This document shows positions 1-11,329 of a stretch of DNA of 32,695 nucleotides, piece after piece. A program made the position numbers and the translations under genes. The notes beneath the pieces are model-generated. The model saw only the letters and a program-made list of their open reading frames with translations. It did no database searches and was not told the origin of the DNA. The stretch's first letter is position 1. Each line of letters starts with the position of its first letter. The stretch is from Atractiella rhizophila (taxonomy: Eukaryota), in assembly GCA_021432655.1 (NCBI GenBank), contig MU271277.1, forward strand, positions 16,035-48,729. The letters are read 5' to 3'.

Positions 1-325
1 AGTCCACTTTCTCTTTAAGTTTCCGAGCATCAGATTATCGGCACTTCCTTGGCTAGTTAGGTGACGTTGTAGTCTTTCGAAAGTGCTATTCCATCATCCA
101 GCATCATGCAACCAGTGGAGGATGAACTTCAAGGAGTGGTGAAAGGTGAGGGAGAGCCTGAGAATAAATAAATTCTCTACGACATCATGGTTGTTGTAGC
201 AAACATGATGGACGGATCAGTGGGTATAGTAATGAACAGGTTAATGATGCAAGATTCTAAGGTACACAGATACATACAAGTCACTGTGAATGGAGCAGAT
301 GCACCGGATGCACAAATGCTAATCC

Positions 326-3300
326 TCAAAGCGCCGTCCACCCTCCAGCATCATGATGACCGTCCATCTTCCTCGCCACCACTTGAGGCACTTCCTGGTT
401 CAGCCATTTCTTCCTCACGTCGTCGTATCTCGGTCTGTGCAGGTGCTGGATATGCGTCCTCCTATCCAACNNNNNNNNNNNNNNNNNNNNNNNNNNNNNN
501 NNNNNNNNNNNNNNNNNNNNNNNNNNNNNNNNNNNNNNNNNNNNNNNNNNNNNNNNNNNNNNNNNNNNNNNNNNNNNNNNNNNNNNNNNNNNNNNNNNNN
601 NNNNNNNNNNNNNNNNNNNNNNNNNNNNNNNNNNNNNNNNNNNNNNNNNNNNNNNNNNNNNNNNNNNNNNNNNNNNNNNNNNNNNNNNNNNNNNNNNNNN
701 NNNNNNNNNNNNNNNNNNNNNNNNNNNNNNNNNNNNNNNNNNNNNNNNNNNNNNNNNNNNNNNNNNNNNNNNNNNNNNNNNNNNNNNNNNNNNNNNNNNN
801 NNNNNNNNNNNNNNNNNNNNNNNNNNNNNNNNNNNNNNNNNNNNNNNNNNNNNNNNNNNNNNNNNNNNNNNNNNNNNNNNNNNNNNNNNNNNNNNNNNNN
901 NNNNNNNNNNNNNNNNNNNNNNNNNNNNNNNNNNNNNNNNNNNNNNNNNNNNNNNNNNNNNNNNNNNNNNNNNNNNNNNNNNNNNNNNNNNNNNNNNNNN
1001 NNNNNNNNNNNNNNNNNNNNNNNNNNNNNNNNNNNNNNNNNNNNNNNNNNNNNNNNNNNNNNNNNNNNNNNNNNNNNNNNNNNNNNNNNNNNNNNNNNNN
1101 NNNNNNNNNNNNNNNNNNNNNNNNNNNNNNNNNNNNNNNNNNNNNNNNNNNNNNNNNNNNNNNNNNNNNNNNNNNNNNNNNNNNNNNNNNNNNNNNNNNN
1201 NNNNNNNNNNNNNNNNNNNNNNNNNNNNNNNNNNNNNNNNNNNNNNNNNNNNNNNNNNNNNNNNNNNNNNNNNNNNNNNNNNNNNNNNNNNNNNNNNNNN
1301 NNNNNNNNNNNNNNNNNNNNNNNNNNNNNNNNNNNNNNNNNNNNNNNNNNTGGACGACATTCGCCAACCCTCCGGCAACGTCATTCTCATTCTCCGCTCC
1401 TTTACCCTTTCCTCTCCATCCTTTGTTGACGGCCTGTAGAAATCCCGGCCTTTCCTTAAAGATATTAGCGAGAGCAAGGGAGAGTCTGACGACATGACAG
1501 TAGTACATGAGAACGGTCATGTGCCTGAAGAAAGGACGTCCGACGATGGCGGTCTCGATCAGGAGGGAGAGCGGATCGCGCTGAAGGATGCCGATGCGAT
1601 ATTGGGGGACATTATTGGAAGGTGTATTGGAGATCAGACGTTGTGCGACTGCCCAACCAGCGAGATCTCTCCAATGCTCAGAATTACCTCCCCACGCAGC
1701 GAGATCCGCCATCCCAGCGAGGAGACTCGTGAAAAAAGCTTCTTGTCGCTCGGTCACCCCATCCTTCAGTGGACCTTCTTGCCCGCGCAACGCGATCTCG
1801 ATACTTGATAGGGTGTACGTGAGCAGATCTTGGGGGAGGTACCAGAAGCTCTGATCGCCTTCCACTTCAGCAGTCAAGTGTTGACTCGTGCGAAGAAGCT
1901 GGTCCGCTATCTGTTTCTGCGCTGGAGGTAGCAAGGAAGGATCGACCGAAGGTCTCAGGCGGGGGTATCCAAAGTTGGAGCACCAAGCGCGGAGGCGCCC
2001 AGATCCGTCGTCCAGCACCATTTGCAGGACCTTTGGCGCAGCTTCTTCCCACGTCTTAATGTTCCAGATGGTGTCATTGATGGGATTTCGCAACCACTCG
2101 TGGAATGGGCGATGGTCGAAGACGTCTGAATTTTGGAGGAGAGGATGCGGGTTGGATTCGTGGGCCACAGGAAGGAAGACGTTACAGAGATGTTTGCAGA
2201 GTGGACAGACTATCTCTCCCCTTTCTGGATCTTCTGGCCGAGAACGCATGTGGGTTGGATCCCTCGCCTGCCGTTGAATCGCAATGGAACGGGAGACTTC
2301 ATAGCAGCGAACGTGCATGAGATGGCCACAGGACGTGGTATGAAGACCCTCGACTGTGTTCCTTTCCGCTGAAAAGCCTTTTCCTATCATCTCTTCCAAC
2401 GATCCCTCATCTCCTCCTTCCACCGATGTCTTTCCTGCCACGCCAAAGGGCCGAATATCTGAAGCGTCTCGATCTAACGAGGAAGGAGACTCCATGATTT
2501 CTGCAACAAAATCTTCGTCGTCATCAGGAGTCGTTCGGATAAGTCTTGATCGCTGGATATAGGCCAGACACCCGAAGGGCATGCCCTTACCTCCAAGTTT
2601 CTCATGACAATGTATGCAGTTCCCCAACTCTTTCTTCTCCTGGACCACGTTCTCATCTTCTTCATCTTCATCATCCTCGTCGAGGAAAGCGGCCGCAGAT
2701 CCACTGAGGAAGTTCTTCTGGGCATCCGCAAACTGTTGCATGATAGCCGCCCTTCTGCGTTCTGCTGCTGCTTTAGCGTCTTCAGCTTTCGACTTCTGCT
2801 GTTCAGGCAAAGTCTTCTCCTTCGGAACTCTTCGAATTGAAGCCATGATTTCAGATTGGGTTTCAGTGAGACGGTCGAGACACCAACGAACTTTTGGTAA
2901 GACGTATTTCATCCTCGTATCGAACTCCATGGAGCAAAGGAGTTCAGCCAGCGTTTTCTCTTCTGATATTCTGCATCGATGCTTGACTGCAACTTCTGCA
3001 AAGTCGACTGGCTCGTTCACCAACGCCATCATGACTAGTCGCAAGCTCTCGTCCACCAATGTCTCCGAATCTGCGTGCCGTCGATCTCCATAGCCAGGCG
3101 AAGGTCGTCCTAGATAGATTGAATGGAAAAGCAGGCATGCGAGGACGGAAGTCTTGAACACATCCGTGAAAGTGGAGAAGAGACCTTTCTCCGGGATCTG
3201 CAATTTTCGTGGGACAACAACATGATCCTTCTGCCCTGTGATCTTTTCTAGCCTGGCCACGAGCTTCTGCTCGACATCGACTCGATTGTTGCGACTGTAA

Positions 3301-6300
3301 CAGCTATTAGCAGGGTTGACTTCGGAGTAGCACTCTTCTTTGAGAGTGTATGTGCCACTGTCGGCGGCTGAGATGGGCTTGCGAAATTCAGAAACGTCTT
3401 GAAGGATCCTATCGAACTCACTGTCCTCGACAAAACGATCGGACAGACTGCGTACAATCGAGGAATAGGCACAGGGACCGTCGACAGCCAAGATTGTGAC
3501 GATTTCATCTCGAATCATCCGCTGCCGGTCCCAAGCTTCAATGTGAATCGGATCATTGAGGATGAGAGAAAGAGTGACGAGAAACTCCTCAACCAGAAGC
3601 AAGATCTGGCTCGGTTCGTAGGATAACGCTGAGCTCCTCTTTGGTATCTTGCCACCTAACCATCCAATCACATTGAAGCGATCCATCATCGTGACCAACA
3701 TGTGAGCTGGGTTAAGCATGACCATGGAGACTTGGAGTAGATAGATGTCTTGATCAAAAGTGTTCTCCTTCAAGCTGTAACGTCGGTAATGTTGTGCCTG
3801 AGTTCGAAAGTTATCGCCGTTTCGAACCCAAAGGTTAGCTCTGCCTTGTGCAAGCACGGCACAGACTGCAACAGTCATCAGACCAAGGAATAATTTCAAT
3901 AGAGAGAACTCGACCTCGCAAAGGTCCCTCGAGGATGAGCATGAAAGCAGCAGGACTAACAGCGACGTCAACAAACTCTCGAAAATTGTTGACACTACCG
4001 GGAGAGTGGTTCTTGGCCGCATATCGGATTTCAGCCGGATCCAATGCTTCGACGTTTTTAAGCATTTCGGATAGAAGCAAATGGAGGGGGTGGTGAAAGC
4101 TGACTGTGTCTGAGTCAACATTGTACAAAATGCACTGATAATGCCGACGATCGAACTCGACGTTATGACCCTGAGTCTTGGATTTTTGCCGGACAATTCG
4201 ACTCATGACTTTGTGAAGGTAAGGAAGCAAGATTGTTGTTGGGGCACGACGGAATGCTTCTCCGGCTGCTCGCGCTATCTTCCCCAGCGAGATGGTGAGG
4301 TGAAAAGCTGTAGTCCATTTGTCCGAATCGAACAGAACATGTTCACCAACCGCCCTCTTGAAACCATCCATGCCCATAAAAATTTGGAAGAAGGCCAGAA
4401 GGGCTTCAAGAGAAGGCGGATATTCTCTGAGCGACGCTTTCACACCTTCTGACTGCAGCAGATGAAGAAAATGACTGAAAAGAGCTTCTGGGAGCTTAGT
4501 GCGGAAATTCCGATGTTCAGGGTCGACGGTGAGGCGTGAGTTGATAGTTGGCGGCAGAGCTAGTCGTTTTGAGACACCCTCGCCATGAGTCTGCCCAGTG
4601 CAATATGCATAGAGGATGTCCAGGATATGAGTGAGAAAATTGTCGGTATCTGGGAGCTTCTGCCAAGCAAGATCATCCGCGACACTTGGACTGGTCAACA
4701 GCTGGACAGCGAATTCAAGGATCGTAAGGGAATGATCTTTGTCCACCCAAACATAACTGGCTACTGATCGTGCAAACACTCGAGAAAACTGACGGCCTAT
4801 CATCCACTAAATTTAACAAAGAATGGTGATCGGCGCAGGGACCCACCAATCTCTATCTTCTTCTCTTTTCCAGACAACAAGATTTTCACATAGAGTTCCC
4901 GTAAATCAAGCTTCGCTTTCTTCCAGAATCGAAGGTCGAGTAAGAAAAGCCTCTCCAACCTAGTCGAAAACCGAAACCTGCGCTCGGAGCCGTCCTCTGT
5001 AAAGATGAGCTCTGGTTCACGTAAAAACATGGTAGTCGATTCCTCCTCTGCCATATTAATCCAGTCATTCGGTAATTTGTTGTAGCACCCAGCAGAAGTC
5101 CGCTCAAGCAGAACAGAAGTGATAACGTCTCGGAAGAAAGAATCTGGCTGTCCTCTGACCTTGAGCTCTGCGAGTTCCGACAGATAGGCGATAATGACTC
5201 CACAAAGGTCTTCGTGGAAGGCAACTCGACTTGGCCTCACAGTTGTGCCAAGCGTTTGAGCCCAAAAGCCTAATGCGACTTCAAGCGCTCGTCTCGGATC
5301 CTCCGTGGTAAAGACGACTTCCTTTCCCTAACGATTCAGGTCAGTTGTGGACCTGAAGAAAATATTATGAAGTGCCACACACGTAGTTATGGATCCTCTG
5401 TGCCACATCTGCGCCGTCCGCCCGGTTCAAGTTCCGTTTGATCATGTCAATGACTTGTTGAAAACTGTGTCGATCATCGTTCCAGAGGCTGACGCTCCAG
5501 TTCTTGTATCGTCCTAAAACATTTGTCGTGTTGGCCAGAAGGGAACCCCGTGCAGGGAATAGGTTCGAGAGCACGTCCTCGCCTTCTTCATTTCCCAGAA
5601 ATTGCAGAACCTCTCTTTCTTCATCGGTCGCATCTGGAGCGAGCGCATGGAGAAGAGTGTTGTAATCCAATGGATTATCATCGTTGCCTTCACCCGAAGA
5701 AGGCAAATCAATCGAGGGCAAGTCGATATGCTGACGAAAATCAGCAGCGTCCAAGTCTACTTGCTCCCCAGCAGCAGCCTTGAGGATTTTCTTCATCTCT
5801 TCGTTCTCGGAAGCTCCCGGTCCCAAGTAATTGTGCGGAAAGGTATGACTCGCCTCCCAACTCGCAAGATCCTGGAGCGACTTTGGAGGCTCGAACACCT
5901 GACGGCTTCCCTCCACAATCTCCAGCACCCAGTCGATCATCGCCTTCACCCGTTCTACTATCTCATCTCTCAGCTGCTCCACCTCCTTATCTGTCGTTCC
6001 CTCTACCCCACCCATCTCGGCGTCACCCTCCTCATCATCCTCCTCTTCCAACACTTCTTCTCCAGGACGCTTGCCTTTCCCCCTCCTCCCAGGACGATTG
6101 TGTATGCGACAACTCATGCTCCCACGCACGTTAACCCAAGCCTCTTCATCCCCACAGTCGCAACAGCTAGATCCTCCGTCTCCTCGATGTACCGCAAACG
6201 ATATTTCGTGCTTTAGCTTGATGTGGTCTGAGGCTCGAAAACATGCCGAGCAAAGGACGCAAGTCGGATCGAGTGAACATGTCCTGAAGAGATATTTCTG

Positions 6301-7734
6301 TTAACATAGCACGATCATCATGCATTGGCTCTCTGGATGAAACAGGAACATGGTGGCGAAGTACTCGACTACGAGAAGGGTTCGCCTCCTCTCGGCTGAC
6401 AGGTCGAAAGATGTCAATGACGGAGGAGCCAGGGCTTGTGTGGTATTTGTCGTCGTGATCACGCATAGCTCATAACAAAGAAATGCCAATGTCCACGGTG
6501 AAGATATATTAGGGTGGCACTGATGAGTAATATTACAAAAGTGGTAGTAACAACATCAACACTTTAAGTAGCGCATCCCTCTTGTTCAAACCAGTGAAGA
6601 TGTCATATATTGAGAACTAATGCAACATCGTGACCATGCTGTGTTCAGAAAAGGCACAAACTTAGTTGAGATTATAGAACGAAAGAGGGACAATCCCTCG
6701 CCGCCAATACAAAGCAAGGAGCAAAAAGGTGACTGGGTTAGTATCCTACGTTACAAATTCAAAAGTACTTGCTGAAGTACAGCAACGCTGGCAACAAAGA
6801 GTCTCAAACAGGACAAGCATCTTCAACAATACACTGTAGGAAGGTAACGAGGATCGTGAAGCAATGTTGCACTTCTCTTGAACCACATCTCAAACAACGG
6901 CGGCAGAGACTTGATCATAGTATCAAACTGCAGACAAATTTATCGATGTTTGTCAGGAACTAAATTGTAGGTACCACAAATGAATACAAATGAATCTGTC
7001 AATGAATCTGAGACCAAATCTCGGTAAATGGGATAAATTGACGTGCTGCAGGTCGAGAACACATTCGGATGAGGAATCAACGCGTTCGCAGCATTCTAAG
7101 ACAGCATCTCATCCTCTGCCTCTCGTACTGCGCACTTTTCCAGCTGAACATTCCCCAATGCATGAATAATGTTATGAACACGAGAACTTGGCCAGCATAC
7201 CACCACACCGACTCAAAAGAGAACATACCGACATCTATAAACCGGTTCTCCCCTCCTGAAGACATGGCCACATCCGCTCTCACTCCTCTGTGCCTTCCAC
7301 TCCTCTCCTTTCTTCTTCCATGCCTCCTCCTGCAACCGCTTTAACAGCGGCTTGAAGAAAAGCACTCCATCCTCAATTTCCTCCCATTCGCTCCACTCTT
7401 CCCCTTCCTTCCTCTCCAAACCCAGGAGATCGCTCCAGCGTTCATCAAACAGCCACCCAACCAACTCATGCTCCACCTCCACTAACCGCTCTTTCTTCAG
7501 TTCCTGGACGCTAGGTGGGGGTTCGGCGTAGGGAGGTGTCAGAAGCAGGCGTGGAAGGACATGGGAATATTTGGAAAGTGGGATGAGGACAGGTGGGGCG
7601 ATTGGTACTGCCTCTGTTTCTGCTTCAGTTGATCCCGCGAGACTAGAGTTTGGGTGTGACAAGGAGGAGAGGTTGGCCTGGGAGGAAGAAGAGGAAGGGA
7701 AATGCCCTGGCATCATGGGCGACGAGTAAGCCAT
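326..7734 (-). CDS. UBR1: N-end rule E3 ubiquitin ligase (UBR1/UBR11 family), multi-exon; part of the 3' region lies in the assembly gap
   Basis: Exons 7734-7229, 6283-5383, 5327-4847, 4796-3915, 3865-(gap at 1350) and 470-326; all GT-AG joins keep frame. The spliced UBR box reads CGHVFRRGEPVYRCR|TCSLDPTCVLCSACF...CCDCGDEEAW. Also present: ClpS-like segment (SLWNDDRHSFQQVI), LWVRNG motif, split RING (CIHCHE...SCGHLMHVRC...CPLC) and a typical fungal UBR1 C-terminus (RYDDVRKKWLNQEVPQVVARKMDGHHDAGGWTAL*). Confidence 0.95.
471..1350. other. Assembly gap (880 N) inside the 3' part of UBR1
   Basis: Run of N characters with UBR1 coding sequence on both sides. Confidence 1.
6284..7228 (-). other. 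UBR1 intron 1, unusually long (945 nt), splitting the UBR box
   Basis: Donor GTATGT at 7228; acceptor TCTCTTCAG ending at 6284 with a TGTTAAC branch-like site. The phase-2 join CG|G restores YRCRTC. Confidence 0.9.
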
Positions 7735-8807
7735 CGCGTCTGCAGTGATCGTTTGTTCGAGATTCGAGATTCACAGGGATTCGAACAGCCGAGTTGGTAA
7801 GGACCTTCTTCGCGCCGTTCGAAAGGAAGTCAATAAAACACAAACTCGCTTGATGGGAAAGATAGATCTCGTGTGATCGTGCGAGTCGTAATGTTGCCGT
7901 TTGCTGGTGGCAAGATTGCAAAGCAAATCCGACCGCTGCAAACGACTATTTGTGCAAAAAGGAGTCTGGAGGGTGTTTGAGCGCTGATATTGTTCGAGGA
8001 TATCAATTGGCGCACTGCCGTTCCAGTAATCTTCTTGTGAACAATGGCAGAGCCTGTGAACGAGTTACAAGAAACTCACAAGCCCTTGTCAGGGGTTCTG
8101 TATAATTTCTTCCTATCATTTGATCGGTGGTCAAGAAGAAAGACGGTGCCGTGCATTGTCGATTGGTTCTAATGCTATCCTTGCGTGTGCTGATGGATTT
8201 AGAATGATTGGACATGAACGCCGCATTAGGAGTTTCCCTACTCTTTCTCATCCTCAACCACATTCTCACCTGTTCAGGAACAAAGTGCAGTCGTGGAGAG
8301 CTAATGGTATTCCTGAACGGCGTTATTTTATTTATTTGTTCACGTCTCTGCCTTTGACTGGCGAATGGGATTAATAAAATGTAACTCACTTATGTAACGT
8401 GGGGAGGAGAGACTAGAAGGCATGCACTTGGCCATCGTCAAAGCCATCTTATTTTGTTGTTTTACTTTGATTCCCAATTTGTTCAGGTGCTATCAGACAT
8501 CAGAGGGTATACAATTCTCACATAGATATCCTATACAGCATCTTGACAGTAACTTCAACTCAGAACAGCTTTACAATAAACAACCTCCGCAAATTGTACT
8601 GGGAAGAGTACTAGTGATAAAACAAGTGGTCATAGGCAAAACGAAACTCTCTAAGACAAATACAAGTACAATTTCATGGTCCGTTATACATGAAAGTCGT
8701 TGGATGGCAATACAAACGGGTCAAAGAAATGAATGACGCTCAAAATATCTGAATAAATGTCACCCTTGACTTTGACAGTCTAAAAAAGGTGCTTGCCTGG
8801 CAGAATA

Positions 8808-9413
8808 TTACACAGAAACCGTTCCTTTTCTCCTTCTGCGCACAGAATTCACATCCAAGCTCCCAAGTGGAGCACTGGACGATGCTCTCTTTGCCTTTCG
8901 CGAAGTCTTCAACGACCCCTGTTTCTCGCCGCGTAAAGGCAACTCTTCGACGGCGAGTACCGATTCCTCTTCTACTGCGATACTGGATCTGCGTTCGCCA
9001 ACTTCGTCCTGTGCGGCTATGGAAGGTTGTGATGCGGATGGGGGAGGGAATCGAAAACTTTCCAAGCTCCTCCTTTCCTCATTCGACAGCGTCCTCCGAT
9101 GCGTTCGCGTGGCTGTGGAGGAGGAAGGAGAAGACTTGAAGGGGAAAGCAGACAGTCCTGCCCACGGGTGGGAGGAACGACGGCGCTGCGAAGGCTCCAG
9201 AGGGACCAAAGAGCCAGTGTCGTCGTCTGTTGAGCGCTCTTCAGTGTACAGAGGAGGAGATACGTCCTCGACAACGATGTTGACTTCGTGACGTGGATGG
9301 AAAAATATGTTGACCATCTTGTTGAGAATGTTTCTGCTCTCTTGACAAGATGGTTGGTCGGAGGATGGAGGAGGAGGACGCGAGGTAAGGGTGAAAGAAG
9401 GTGGGAAAGACAT
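8808..9413 (-). CDS. Hypothetical 201-aa Ser/Arg/Pro-rich, probably disordered protein (full-length copy)
   Basis: ATG-initiated intronless ORF divergent from the lyase-like gene. The frame is preserved in the second copy despite substitutions and a 3-nt indel. No recognisable domain. Confidence 0.55.
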   Translation of the reverse strand: MSFPPSFTLTSRPPPPSSDQPSCQESRNILNKMVNIFFHPRHEVNIVVEDVSPPLYTEERSTDDDTGSLVPLEPSQRRRSSHPWAGLSAFPFKSSPSSSTATRTHRRTLSNEERRSLESFRFPPPSASQPSIAAQDEVGERRSSIAVEEESVLAVEELPLRGEKQGSLKTSRKAKRASSSAPLGSLDVNSVRRRRKGTVSV

Positions 9414-9565
9414 GGGGTACTAAATGTCAAATTTTAGGAACGATAACACTGTGACAACTTGGACAATCGCGGCGCTCTCAGTGGAGGAGCGAACTTTTAT
9501 GGCCTTACAACTCATCTTGTGAAAGAAAAATACGCTGTATTGACGGCTGTGTGCTCATCTTTTTT

Positions 9566-9577
9566 ACGACGCGTCGT
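9566..9577. promoter_or_regulatory. Palindrome ACGACGCGTCGT containing an MluI/MCB-like ACGCGT in the divergent promoter (second copy at 10887-10898)
   Basis: Perfect 12-bp palindrome between T-tracts, about 150 nt upstream of the orphan ATG. Function is inferred only from the MCB consensus. Confidence 0.3.
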
Positions 9578-10011
9578 TTTAAAGTTTTTTCCCCTTTATC
9601 TTTCCCTTTGTCTAGCTTGAATAGCTCGAATGCCGTGGCACAGACTGAGGCACATGGGACGCTTCCATTCATCCATCGACCTTAAACTCGAAGCCACTTG
9701 AGCTGTTATTATACATGAAGAGGTGTTGCAATTCAGCTCAGGGCAATGCTCTGAGCGCGTGAGAAGATGACTTTGTCGTCACCTGACACTTGCGTTGCCA
9801 CTAAGATGAGAAGCTCACATTTGTCGATTTGTCACACTCATGCCACCCACCTCCACGAAACAAGACCCCGCTGCGTTCTCCAGCGCTTAAGCTCCACCTG
9901 CACGAAAGCCTGCCCATTTAGGACTGGCGATCAATCTCTCCGATTCTCATCATCTGTCATTAACAGTTCCCGCCTCTTCCCCGCTCCGCGACCCTATTGC
10001 AACTAGTGCTC

Positions 10012-10202
10012 ATGTTGCCTTATGGCCTCCTGCTCCTCCTTCTCCCACTCGTCATGACAGCCCGCGTCCTCTCCAACGGTACTTCCCTCCAGCACGGCAT
10101 CCTTCCCGGACCTTACAACCTACGGTGGCAGTCCGCAGGCATCCTCACTTCCGGAGGCTGCAATTTCGAGAAACATCACATACGCGACTGCTACCAACTC
10201 AT
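10012..10202 (+). pseudogene. 5' fragment of the polysaccharide-lyase-like gene in copy A, truncated by the duplication junction
   Basis: MLPYGLLLLLLPLVMTARVLSNGTSLQHG...DCYQLI matches the N-terminus of the gene at 11330, then runs into antisense sequence of copy B. Confidence 0.8.
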
Positions 10203-10736
10203 AGACGATGCTCTCTTTGCCTTTCGCGAAGTCTTCAACGACCCCTGTTTCTCGCCGCGTAAAGGCAACTCTTCGAGGGCGAGTACCGATTCCTCTTCTA
10301 CTGCGATACTGGGTCTGCGTTCGCCAACTTCGTCCTGTGCGGCTGTGGAAGGTTGTGATGCGGATGGGGGAGGGAATCGAAAACTTTCCAAACTCCTCCT
10401 CTCCTCATTCGACAGCGTCCTCCGATGCGTTCGCGTGGATGTGGAGGAGGAAGGAGAAGACTTGAAGGGGAAAACGGACAGTCCTGCCCACGGGTGGGAG
10501 GAACGACGGCGCTGCGAACGCTCCAGAGGGACCAAAGAGCCAGTGTCGTCGTCTGTTGAGCGCTCTTCAGTGTACAGAGGAGGAGATACGTCCTCGACAA
10601 CGATGACTTCGTGACGAGGATGGAAAAGCATGTTGACCATCTTGTTGAGAATGTTTCTGTTCTCTTGACAAGATGGTTGGTCGGATGATGGAAGAGGAGG
10701 ACGCGAGGTAAGGTTGAAAGAAGGTGGGAAAGACAT
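10191..10736 (-). CDS. Second, 3'-truncated copy (or allele) of the orphan Ser/Arg-rich protein, 181 aa
   Basis: Near-identical to 8808-9413 up to RASS, then crosses the junction and stops (MSW*). Confidence 0.45.
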   Translation of the reverse strand: MSFPPSFNLTSRPPLPSSDQPSCQENRNILNKMVNMLFHPRHEVIVVEDVSPPLYTEERSTDDDTGSLVPLERSQRRRSSHPWAGLSVFPFKSSPSSSTSTRTHRRTLSNEERRSLESFRFPPPSASQPSTAAQDEVGERRPSIAVEEESVLALEELPLRGEKQGSLKTSRKAKRASSMSW

Positions 10737-11329
10737 GGGGTACTAAATGTCAAATTTAGGAACGATAACACTGTGACAACTTTGACAATCGCGGCTCTCT
10801 CAGTGGAGGAGCGAACTTTTATGGCTTACAACTCATCTTGTGAAAGAAAAATACGCTGTATTGACGGCTGTGCGCTCATCTTTTTTACGACGCGTCGTTT
10901 TAAAGTTTTTTTCCCTTTATCTTTCCCTTTGTCTAGCTTGAATGGCTTGGATGCCGTGGCACAGACTGAGGCACAGACTGAGGCACATGGGACGCTTCTA
11001 TTCATCCGTCAACCTTAAACGATTGAACCCGAGGCCACTTCAGCCGTGATTTCACAATACATGAAGAGGTGTTGCAATTCAGCTCAAGGGCAATGCTCTG
11101 AGCGCTAGAAGATGGTCTCGTCGTCACCTGACACTTGCGTTGCCATCAAGATGAGAAGCTCAATATGTCGCATTTGTCACACTCATGCCATCCACCTCAA
11201 CGAGACAAGACCGCGCTGCGTTCTCCAGCGTAGTTCTTCATCCACTACCAGACAGAGACAGACTGGCGATCAATCTCTCCGATCCACATCATCTGTCATC
11301 AACAATTCCGTTCCACACTGCAACCTCTC

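Noticed and set aside
187..1497. Long ORFs of 358-436 aa spanning the N run
   Set aside because: Artefacts of the gap (X residues). Only the minus-strand UBR1 frames flanking it are real.
6508..6743. ACCCTAA and CTAACCC on the minus strand as a telomerase RNA template in the UBR1 intron
   Set aside because: Only 7 nt each, short of the roughly 1.5 repeats expected. The second is better explained as a branch point.
7775..7790. B-box/T-loop-like GTTCGAATCC on the minus strand upstream of UBR1
   Set aside because: No T-stem, A-box or cloverleaf.
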